Shown here in pieces: positions 51,501 through 62,288 of a stretch of DNA of 64,000 bases. Numbering within the stretch: the first letter of the stretch is position 1; the number at the start of each line of letters is the position of its first letter. The notes under the pieces are model-generated. The model ran no database searches and was not told the DNA's origin. It was given only the letters and a program-made list of their open reading frames with translations. A program made the translations under genes and the position numbers. Where the stretch lies: NCBI GenBank assembly GCA_043228905.1, contig JBHGNT010000011.1, positions 14,012,001 through 14,076,000 of the forward strand, written 5' to 3'. The stretch is from Azolla caroliniana (taxonomy: Eukaryota > Plantae > Polypodiophyta).

Positions 51501-54500
51501 GTTCATCATATGAGCAACCGAGTTTGTCGCTTCTTGTGGTAGTGTGCACATTCGGACTAATCCTATCGGTGTTCGCATGGTTGTGATGTCTCGGCTCTCC
51601 ACGGCTAGTTGGAATTGGTCATACCCCGAGTATAGGTCTCCGATGGAGTATATCGCACGACCGGCAAAAGCTTCCGCAAATTCGTCCACTATTGGACCGA
51701 CTCCCGAGTTCCGGATCGTGACCTTATTCACCGGTTGCAAGTCTTGGATAAATCGGAGTGACCCATTCTTCTTCGGAACCGTAAACCATCGATTTGAGTA
51801 CGGAGCAGTTGATGGCTCTAGAATCCCCATCGCCACCTTCTCCTTGAGCAAGTCAATGACTTTCGGAATATGCGCTCGTGGCACCGGAATCGGCTTCAAG
51901 TTCCACGGTACATGGTCAATCGTGAAGATCACCATTGGCTCCACTATTCTCGGATCAACGCACCCTATCTCCCTTGATGTAAATGCAAACGCTTTGCCGT
52001 GTTGCTCCAACATCTCGCGAAACCGTTCTTCTTCTTTTTGTAATAGGAACCCACCTCCACCGATCCGAAGTTTCTTCCGGGTCTCATCCGTGAAGGCATG
52101 TCCGATATCCACGGACTTCTGAAGTGTCGGATCTCCCGAGACTTCTTTCCTCTTTTGTTCGCTATTGGCGGGTAGTGGTCCCGCGGCCGGTTTCACCTTC
52201 TTCTACACGGTCTTGTATTTCGTACTTACCATTGCTTCTTCTTTGCGGAGCGTATCCGGCTCCATTTTCGCAATGATCTCGTACATCTCGACCGATTCCA
52301 CCGGGACTACCCAGTTCCCTTGGCTTTTATCTTCCGCAAGCTCTTCAAGTCGTTGTAGCGTGCTCCCATAGAACACTTCTTCGACTATCCCCACGATTTC
52401 TTCATCTTCTTTTATTATTGATGCCGATCGCAACTTATCCTCCACTTGTCGGTATCCTTTCTTCAATCCTCCGGTTACGGTCGTGTACGTAGATGCCCCA
52501 TCTGGACCGATTCGTACATGTTTTGCTCCGAGAGTTTTCTTCCTGTGTGGGGTATCAGGGCTTCTCGGACTATCACTTCCCCACTCCACAACAGTCCGCT
52601 TTAAAAATCCATTCTCACTTGGGACAAGAGTTCCCTCTTGTTCCTTTCGTGATTTGCCGGCACCGTTAGGAATTGGACGAATTTCCCACCGTTTTGGCTC
52701 CAAATTCGCGCAAAAGCCGCACCGCTATCGAGCACCTTCGTCTCCATCCGTGATGCCGTGATAAAGGGTTGGCCGAGGATGACGGAATGTGAAACCTCAT
52801 CTTGCACGAAGAAATTTTGGTCGATCTCGACATCCCTGATCTTCACCGTCACATCCGGACAAGCCGCAAATAGATCTTCCGTTGCTTTGGTGGCCGCCCG
52901 AATCTTCCATCCACCATTGGAGCATTTTCCTCCGTACTTTGTCTTTTTCGCTTCACGAGATCCACGAGAAGATCGTGGAACTCCTTCTTTGCTATTCCGA
53001 GTAGCTCTCGAAGCGAGAAATCTACCCGGCTATCCAAGATTCTTTCCTCGAACACTCTTTTCAAGTCGGTTTGTTGTTCTATGTCCGAGGCGAGCTTCAA
53101 TGCCGGAGTCGCCTTTTCTTTTCCCTTACCTCTGGAGTTCCAGCTTTCCGGTATCTTCGATGGCCCGGCCGCATCCTCAATGCGTCGTCGTTTCTCGTCC
53201 ACATACACCTCATGCAATTGACACAGGGCGTATACGCTATTCTTGTCGACAGGGCACTCCCATCCCGTAGCTTCCCGGACGCCTTCCGCGGTGCTTCGGA
53301 TCTCGTTGGAGTCGGTTTTCTCGGTGTTTTCTAGAACTTCCGGCCAAAAAGACGTCTTTGCTCTCGATGACTCCTCGACACATATTCCCGCAGTTGTCGC
53401 ATAGTTGCTTCTTGCTGCCAATTCCTCCTCGATCACCTTCTTCATGCCGCCTTTCCGGAAGTTCGGTCGGAGTGGCTTCCGAGAGTCCATCGAATGAATC
53501 CGGTTTCCCTCATAGTAGATGAGATCCCGCCGTAGCGCCTCCTTATGCTTGTCGCAATCCCTCCAATTGTGTTTGGCGCTATCACACCATATGCACTGTC
53601 GGTCCGTATACTTGGAGCTTGTGGGGCGGTCATCCGACTTCTTCACCATCGCTATCTTCAGATTCTCCATCTCCTTCAATAGTTGCTCCACCGTAGATGC
53701 ATCAATCCCCTTCTCGGTTGTAGTCTCCCGAGCCCTCGGTTGATGGTCTTCCAATCCGGTTCTCGGTTTCAGAATCGGTTCCGAAACCCTCTTTTCCTCG
53801 TTGGCAAGCCATTGCCCCCTCTTCGTGTATCGCGCAACGATATCCCGCACGCTTTCCCATGTTTCGGTGAGGCCACTCTCCGTGGTCGTGTCCTCCAAGA
53901 GCACTTCGAGATCTTTCCGGTCCCGGACGTCCACGGCTCGTAAGAACATGATCACCTTGTCCGGTACGAGGATAGCTTGATCTCTCGCGGACAACCTCCC
54001 GAACCGGCTTTTGAATGCCGAAAACACATCAACGACCTTCAATCCCTTGTCCGGTGTCTCCACCCAATCTTCGAATCCCCTTCACGTCGCCTTGGAGGAA
54101 TCCTCGATGGCGAACGTCCTCTTTATCTCTTCTTCAAACGCCTCCCATGTCGGATTTTGTTGTCGTAGCCCATGGATGCTTGCTTGAAGCCCGTTGGTCG
54201 CCACCCGGTTGAAGGACGTCACTTGCAGTCCTTCCGATATTCCGCACCGTAGCATCTCCGCCTTGTAGTCCCGAAGATACTACGACACGTCTTTCCCGTT
54301 GAATTGCCCGTTTCGTTGCACGAGCCGCTCCACTGATGCCGCTATCTCCGACATTGCGCGTTGTTCTTGTAGCATGCGCTCGAACATCATCATCATGTTG
54401 CTAGCCTCCAGTTGATTTTCCATCTCCTTGCCACCCGGTATTCACGTCGGGTTCACCAATTGTGTCGTGCCTTTCGGCTCTAGATCGTTGCGTGAGTCGG

Positions 54501-54971
54501 GTGGGAACCGCCGAGGTTTTGGACTAGGAGGAAGAGGAATACAAATTAAGGCTAGTTATGAATAGTAGAAAGAGAAGTAAGATAGCAATCTCGTGAATTC
54601 CACGAGTTTAGTGTATTTAAAACAATATTTAGATTATAAGAGTAATTTAGATGGCAAAATTCGTGAATCCCACGAATATATTAGATTGATCAATCCTTGT
54701 ATATTAATCAACACCCTTATACATATTTCTCTCCTCCTTATATAAAGATGGAAGAGGCTAAGAATGGCTTCATGCTTTTTCACCAAAAGTGTCCATGCAC
54801 ACTAAATGTGCATGTGATGCTTTGTCATTTCCTAAGTATAGGGCTCATGCACGCTAGATGTGCATGAGTCACTTTTAATGTTACGTGTAAATAAAATATT
54901 TATTTATATGTATCTAAAATCGGATATATTATTTTATGGTTTTCACGTAGTGTGTGGAATACACTACAACA
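48512..54971 (-). mobile_element. Full-length (defective) non-chromovirus Ty3/Gypsy element with tRNA-Trp PBS (Gypsy-1; Phygy-like by inference), inserted in Copia integrase
   Basis: LTRs 48512-49020 and 54463-54971 (509 bp, about 5 transition differences). 4-bp TSD ACGT/ATGT restores the Copia YYVTFIDD frame. PBS TGGTGAACCCGACGTGAAT at 54440-54458. PPT GGAGGGGGCGAG. Domains: gag, PR C-terminal half, RT (YSGYDQF, FLDD), RH, INT with GPY module. No chromodomain. Confidence 0.97.
52544..52610 (-). other. Putative -1 programmed ribosomal frameshift signal (G GAU UUU + H-type pseudoknot)
   Basis: Minus strand: GGATTTT TAAAG CGGACTGTTG TGGA GTGGGG AAG TGATAGTCCG ..13nt.. CCCCAC. The gag-PR frame stops at TAA (52601-52603) while the -1 frame is open toward RT. 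Confidence 0.75.
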
Positions 54972-56622
54972 ATGTAGTATCGGCATCCGCCGAATGTCAC
55001 CATCTGAGCCAGACCCCATACATCATAATGAATTACGTCGAGTATGCCTTTGCTCACATTCCGTTCCTTCAGAAATGGGTGCCGATTTTGCTTGCCGAAT
55101 TGGCAAGCGGCACACACGCCTTCAATCTCTTTCTCTGTGAATGTAGGGAGCCCGATGAGGACTCCTTTCGATTGCATTGCCTTGAGCTTTTGGAGGTTGA
55201 TATGGCCAATCCACTTGTGCCATAACTCTATGTCGGAATCGGCTTTCATGCCCTTTGCAAACATGGCCGATTTCATCTCGTGTGAGTCGAGAATGAACAT
55301 TCGGCCCTCTCTTTGTCCGTGAGCGATGAGTCGGCCCTCTTTTTCGATGAAGCAACTGCCTTGATTAAATCGTACTTGCATTCCTTGCTCTACAATTTGG
55401 CCGACGGAGACCAAAGTCTTCGTGATAGTTGGTACATGCAAGACATTTTTAATGTAAGTTTCAGAAGGTTCCTCGATGGCTTCTGTCTTGATGCCGAAAT
55501 TGCGAGTGGTTTTCGTAACTCGGGCCTCGTCTGCATCGTCCTTGGCCGAATTGGCCTTTTCTTGCATGGCCACGTCCTCTTCCTCTGTCCGAATGTGTGT
55601 AGAGCATGTGGCCTTCCGAGGTGTTGCTCCTCGTTCGAACATGGTTTTCTTTGACGAACAACATAGATTGAAGATCAAAGAAGGAGGGTGGATTCTCCCG
55701 TGCTAATACGACGGTCCGCATCGCACTGAATCGTGGTGCAAGGCTGCCGAGGCATATTTGCACCATCTCATCATCGTCCACATTGACGCTTATCGAGCCA
55801 AGCGAGTCGCAAAGCTCCTTGATCTTCAAGGTGTAGCTTGTGATGGACATATCCCTTTGTTGAATGTTGTTCAACTCTTGGCGGAGTTGAAGCTTTCTCA
55901 CGGTATTGTTGGCGGCGAAAATCTTTCGTAGATTCTCCCACGCTTCCTTCGGCGTCTCGGCTTCTCGAATGTACCCGAGCATGTGGTCGTGAACACATGT
56001 CACCAAGCAATACAACACGAGCTATGTAGTGGTACTACAATAGCGATGAGCCGGTTCTTCTTGAACGTCGGCGTAGAGCACACCACACGATCACAATGAG
56101 GCGAGTGGGCTAGATCGAGCTACCAAATCGCTCTAATACCATGTAAAGAATCGAGTATGATTCTTGTGTAGCGGAAGAGATGTGTGTTATGTGTATGTGT
56201 GAGAGGAATTAGAGGAGAGATGAGAGAACACAAGATAGGTAGAAAAAGGAATACTCAAGAAGAAGGTGTATATTTCACAAGTAGAATAAGAATTACAAAA
56301 TGTAGCATAATAAGGAGTCACAACCGACTTAGTATGAAGTATGAGGAGGGTGCTTTATATAGAGTCACCCTCTCTCTTCATTAAGTTTACAACAACCACT
56401 CTCTCTTGTGGGGAATGTGAAGACTCATAGTCATGGGAAATATGTAACTCATTAGTTATGTGTCATAGAATATGATTGTATGACACATAGTTAATGTGTA
56501 GAGAGTAGTGGTGTGACTCTTGACCTTTGAGTAATCATGGATTCTCAAAAGGTGTGTTCACACGTTGCACTATGTTGAGCTTGATTCTCAACATTTTCAC
56601 ATGAACAACATAAATAGCACGT

Positions 56623-57040
56623 TGTCGTGAAGGATTCTGGCCATATGAGGAAACGAAGCCGGATTTGTGTGAACACGGGTGTGCACAAGTGCACATCTTT
56701 TGCACAAACATATGTAAATAGCATATTAATGGTAGGGTTTTGGTGATTATTAGGAAAGAACGATTCGATAGGTACTTTAGTACCACCTGGAGGGAGAGAA
56801 TCGAGGGGAGATTTGTGAGAAAACCGATTATCATAAAGATGATGTAACGGCCTTCCCTTGTGCTATAAAAGGGGAGGCCTTGAACTGTTTAGGGGATCCT
56901 AGATTTGGGAGGACGAAGCTCTGCATGTCAAAGTGCCAAAGCTCTCTCCTCTCTCTGTTTTGTGCTATATATTGCGGAACAAAAAGGTGAATCCTCTGCT
57001 CGCGCTAGAAGCCGGCATACTCCCGACCAGAGGATCGTCG

Positions 57041-57083
<43 letters not shown>

Positions 57084-58727
57084 GAGCTCAGAGCTCCTTC
57101 CCCGGCTGCGCCTAGTTGTACTCATTGTTTGTTCTACGCCTAATCGAATCGAGAGTCGTTGTTCTGTCTCTGTGTTCTTTTCTCATCTTTTCCGTTCTAT
57201 TCTGTTCGGTTTTGTGCCTGTTTGTGTTTGAGTGATGTTAGGATCTTCTGAGGTCACGTGCAAGTGGAGATAGTTGGTTGGCTCCACTTCCCTTTTTCTT
57301 ACTTTGTTTTCGGCTCCTTGGTTCAAGACCCTAGTGGTCCTGCCCCACTTCTACACATAGGCGTGGAAAAGCGCAACATCATTGGTGAACCCAACGTGAA
57401 GGGGGGCGACAGAGTGGTCCGAAGATGAGAGGAAGCGAACATGTTGAAGAAATGGCAGTGGCTATAGACCACCTAGTTAACGCTCGCGAAACCTTGCTAG
57501 GGCCATAGAAGCGATGGTCGACAAGATAGTTTGGTTTAATGAGAAAGACGCAACAAGCTAACTGGAAGCCTACAGGGCCAAGATGTTGATGAGAAATATT
57601 CTGGAGGACAGATGAGTGTCCAGATTTCCTCGGGTCGTAACGTCGAGCATCCATGCGGAGGTGCTCGAAGTGCAAGCGGACTACCATAATTGGGCAGACT
57701 TCGATGGGTGGCTGTTCGAGAAGTACAGCTTCGATGATTCTCTCCGCCTGTCGAAGAAAGATTTCATGGATTGGGTCAAGAGCCCCGGCATAGGCTGGAA
57801 TGCATCGATGTTCTTTCAGGAGTTCGAGTTGCGATTCGCGCGACTCTCGACACTAGACCGGACCGTGCTTGATACAAGCAAGGTTCTGTTGTTTGTTAAG
57901 TTGGTCAACTTGGTCAATCGCGATAACGTGGGTCTCCCCTTTAAGACGGATGAAGGGCTCATGGTCGATTGGGCCGCGGTTAAAGGAGTATGCAGCTGTA
58001 TCGACAAACGGAGAGACTGGAAAAACGCAGGGCCATCAACAGTTGGTCTCACCACGGAGTCAAGGGCTGAACTGGCACTGATCCCGATGGAGGAAACGAG
58101 AAGGTGGCTCGAGTCGGGCCAGGTTCTGACCATCATGGTCGCGAGACCGTCCTGGGGTGCGACTCAAGAGGAGATGACGAGGATGGCACGTGATCTCCTG
58201 ATCGCTCAGGCCTAAAGGGACGGCGGACATCAATCGCGCGACCGACGACCACTAGTTGACCAAAGGTGCATATGGTGTGATGCCGTTGGTCACGCCCGAA
58301 GAGACTACGTCCACTTCAGCGTAGCACTTAGGAGTAACGTGGTGTATCTTTGGAATGGGGGTGCACACGAGCGACATGCGAAGGCCGCTTGAAGTAAACA
58401 TCAGACGAGGTGGCATGAAGAGAATAATGGAGGAGGTGGTGACGCGTCATGTCGAGGCCATTCACTACTCGGTCTCGACCGACATCCATTTGAGCGGAGA
58501 GAAAGCCACCAGACCGAGGGCCGACTGCAGATTTTGGCCGGTAGTACTAGAGGGCTTCCATAGAAAGAAGCTGAAGAAGGAGGAAGTGGACTGCACAGAG
58601 AGGCGGGTCTGCAAAATCATCGGATGGAGCGATCTGGTTAAGGAGAAGACCAACTTTGTAGAAGCCGCGTGCTAGAACTACGAGGTTCTGGTCGACAACA
58701 AGTGGGCCAGAAAGGCCGGTGTCGCGT
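56623..58727 (+). mobile_element. Gypsy-2: 5' LTR, tRNA-Trp PBS and degenerate gag, interrupted by Gypsy-3
   Basis: LTR 56623-57378 (TGTCGTG...GCGCAACA) includes TATAAAA and (TG)n at 57044-57082. PBS TGGTGAACCCAACGTGAA at 57383-57400. gag peptides (FPRVVT..LFVK, C.WCD..GH) are homologous to Gypsy-1 gag. Confidence 0.9.
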
Positions 58728-61700
58728 TGTCACGCGCGTGCGTGTAGAACGAGGCGGGACCACCGGGGTCTTGGACCGAGAAATAACTGAGAAGGAGGGG
58801 AACGGGAAGGCAACAGACGCACTTGCACGCACACGAACGCGGGGCACACAGGAATCACAATGCATCAACACAACAAAACGAGACGACTAGAAGTCTGAGT
58901 ATATGAACACGTATGTATATTAATTTGTATGTGTATATCAAGACGGTTACAACTAACAGGCCGGCAAGGCGAACGCCGACGCCTGTTCACTCACACGTAG
59001 AAGAGCGAGATGGAGACTCTACCGGAAGCACACGGGCGTTCCACGAAGCAGAGTCAGCCTCCCGAAAACCTGCGCCCAACGAATACAGAGAAAGGAGGAG
59101 GAGAAGAGCTCGGTCCCCGTCCGACAGCACTTCGTCTTGCACAAAAAAAATGATCCCCTTTTCATTCCTCTCCTTCTCTTTTATAGCCCAAGGAGGGAGG
59201 CCGTTATCATTCGTTACATCATATTAATTCTCTGTCCGTTCGGACAGAGATACACCTTGATTCTCTCCCTATTGAATGCGTGCTATCTAGGATTTCATCT
59301 CAGCCGACTTGTACCTACCTACTTACTATACAACGAAAGTGTGCTCACGTGTAAGGGCCGATTTACACACGCTAAATTCGGTTTCCGCCTAGGGACGGTT
59401 TTCTTCACGACATCTGCCCCCACCTAACCACACATCCACCGGTATGCGCCAAAATTGGGCTCTTGCCGGAGAAAACCGGTCCATGCTTTACTCCTCGCCT
59501 TTCGGGTCGTCATCTGCCTCGGACCTTCCGTCGTCACCGTCCATGCTTTCCAGATCTGGCTCGCACTCGTGTCGTTTCTTAAATGCTTTGGCCCTCTTCC
59601 CCGCTACCAGTATTGCCATCCTCGTACCGTCGAGCTCCGCAAGATGGTAGGTCCCGTTGTCGTTGGCGCCTGTCACCGTGTAGGGCCCAAACCACCTCCT
59701 TGCAAACTTTCGCGTCGCCCTGTGCTGGTTGTCGAGGCTACTGTCATACACTAGGACCCAATCGCCTTCCCCGATTTTCTTCGGTCGCAGTCGGTGAGTC
59801 CAGTCAAATCGCCCTTTGTTCTTCAACCTTGCCAACCAAAGCTTCTCCGTGGCTCTTTCCACGTCCTCCGGCCTCCGCTCGAGCTGTCGAATCCGTGCCG
59901 CCAGCAACTCCTCTCGGCTCATCTCATCTCTCCAGTCCACCGTGGCCCATGAGGAGATCGTCCGTTCCGTCGGCATGATCGGCTTCTGTCCGTACATAAG
60001 CTCTGCTGGCATGAACCCGGTTACCGAACTGTGCGTAGTTCGGTCCACCCATAAGGCATAAGGTAGCAGTCGTGGCCAGTTCCCTACTTGGCCCCCGCAC
60101 GCCCGTACTAGCGCTTTGACTACTGGCCTATGTCCGCGCTCCACCTTCCCGTTAGCCTCCGGATTGTACACTGTGGTGAGCGAGAGTTTGACCTCTAGCC
60201 GGTCAAACAACTCTTCGGCCTCTTGCGCGTCCAACTCTCTGCGGTTAGCCACGATCTTCCCTACACTCCCGTACCGACATATCAAGTCCTCAATCAGGAA
60301 CCGGCACACAACCGCGGTTGTTTTGTTTTGCAGTGCTCGGCCTTCAACCTGGTTCATCAGATCCTCCCGAGCTAGCACCAGATACCGCATCTGTCCTACC
60401 CCCATCGGCATTGTCACAAAATCCACCATCCATTTGAAGTGGACGATCGGCGGGTAAGTTGGGTGGAGCTCGTCCCGGTGTCGGACTATGGAGTGCATCT
60501 GACAGCTTTCGCAAGTTGTCACGAACCGATGCACGTCCCGATACAGTCCCGACCACCAGTACTTTCCCTTTAGCTTCTCAAACGTGGCCCATGTCCCGCG
60601 GTGTCCGGCCCAGGGACTCTCGTGGTATGCCGACAACAACTCTTCCTGCTCCTCTTTCTTTGCCACCACTCGAAGCGGGATGCCGTCCCTTTTCTTCGGG
60701 TGCTTCCATATGTACCCGTCTCGTAGGAAGAATCGGTACGCTTTCTTCCGGATCCTGTTGGTCTCTTCCTTCGTCCACACCGCGTCCGGTGTCATTGTTC
60801 TTAGGAACTCGCCGATCTGGAGCCACTCCCCATCATACTTGCTCTCGTTGAAGTCGTTAAGCGCCGGAGTGCTTCCCTTTCCGGTTATTATGTAAGCCGC
60901 CTCGAAGAAGTCTACGCCGACTTCCTCGTCCTCCGAAACCATGCCGTCCTCGTTTTCGAACCTTGCTCTTGAGAGCATGTCGGCCATGGCGTTGTCTTTT
61001 CCGGAAATGTGTCGTATCTCCGGATTTAGGGACTTGATGTACGTTATCCACCTGAGCATCGTCAGGTCCGGCGTCGCGCATCCGGAAACCATGCCGAGAA
61101 TCGGCAGGCAGTCCGTCTCGATTATTACCTCTGTCCCGATCAGGTAGTCTTTATCGGCCTTCACCGCCGAAATGATACCCCAGAGTTCGCGTTTAACCTG
61201 GGCGTATCCTCGTTGTCGCTCACTGAGGACCTTCGCGTCGAACTGGATGGGGAACCTCATGCCAACGTCATCCTCTTGGTTGATCACCCATCCGATCCCG
61301 GTCGGGCTCGTGTCTACGATTACGTAAATCGGAGTGTCTCTGCAGTAGACAACCTTTCGGAGCGCCGGTGCCGTGGCAAGTGCTTCCTTCATCTTTCGGA
61401 CTGACTCCGTATGCTCGTCTCCCCATTCGAATTTACGCCCTTTCTTCAGCAACCCATACAGCGGCTCCGCGATGTGGGCGTAATGCGGGATCCAGATATG
61501 GTAGAACACGCATGCTCCCAAGAATCTCCGAACCTCCGTAACCGAATTGCAGTCATGCTTCATCGCAGAGATGGCTTCCACCTTGGCCGGAGACGGTTTC
61601 CTACTGTACGGCCCACATAGGTGTCCGACGACCATGATCTCTGATTGCCCGAAGGCCGATTTTTCTTCGGAGAAGGTGAGCCTCGCGCCTTCTAGTCTCT

Positions 61701-62288
61701 GCAGCTCCTTCTCGTAGTCATCGATGTGAGTCGCCACGAAATTCCAGCATCCGTCCGGTCCAATTGTCTCGTTTCTTTCCTCCACCGGGCATCCCCTAAT
61801 CAGGATGTCGTCTAAGAATGGCATGGTGATGATGGGATACAATCCCCGAGCACTTTGTTCATCGCGTTCACCATGTGAGCCACTGAGTTCGTCCCTGCTT
61901 GCGGTAGGGTACACATCCGCACTAGGCCGAGAGGAGTCCGCATTGTCGTAATGTCCCTGCTCTCCATGGCTAGTAGAAACTGATCGTACCCCGAGTATAG
62001 ATCACCGACAGAGTAAATCGACCTTCCGGAAAAGGCCTCCGGGAACTCATCTATGGTCGGTCCGATTCTTGCATTCTGAATGGTCACCTTGTTGACCGGC
62101 TGCAGGTCTTGAATAAAGCGCAGCGTGCCGTTCTTCTTTGGCACCGTAAACCACCGATTTGAATACGGGGCACTCAACGGTTCGAGGATGCCCATCTCCA
62201 CCTTTTGCTTCAGAAGCTCCATCAACTTCGAGATGTGAGCTCTCGGCACTGGAATCAGATTGAGATTCCACGGTACATGCGGTACCGT
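58728..62288 (-). mobile_element. Gypsy-3: 3' LTR and RT-RH-INT, interrupted in RT by Gypsy-4
   Basis: LTR 58728-59412 (TGTCACG...CACGACA) with PPT GGTGGGGGCAGA. ORF 61812-62249 is RT N-terminus (YSGYDQF). ORF 59488-61914 covers FLDD, RH (VDTSPTGIG) and INT (H..H..C..C, GPY). Confidence 0.93.

Larger units (their letters stand above)
44944..56593 (-). mobile_element. Full-length (defective) Ty1/Copia LTR retrotransposon with a nested Gypsy
   Basis: LTRs 44944-45395 and 56142-56593 (452 bp, about 7 differences). TSD TTTTC on both sides. PBS TGGTATTAGAGC (tRNA-iMet, 1 mismatch) at 56130-56141. PPT AGCTTGAGGGGGCG at 45396-45409. Domain order: gag (55461-56018), INT (LWHKWIGH, LRSDGGKEY), RT (KARLVAKGY, QMDVK, YVDD), RNase H (STEAEY, HIEV.YHF). 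Confidence 0.97.

Noticed and set aside
52197-52208. In-frame TAG in Gypsy-1 pol (YKTV*KKVKP) as a programmed read-through
   Set aside because: No known read-through context. A point mutation such as CAG to TAG is simpler in a copy that has several other lesions.
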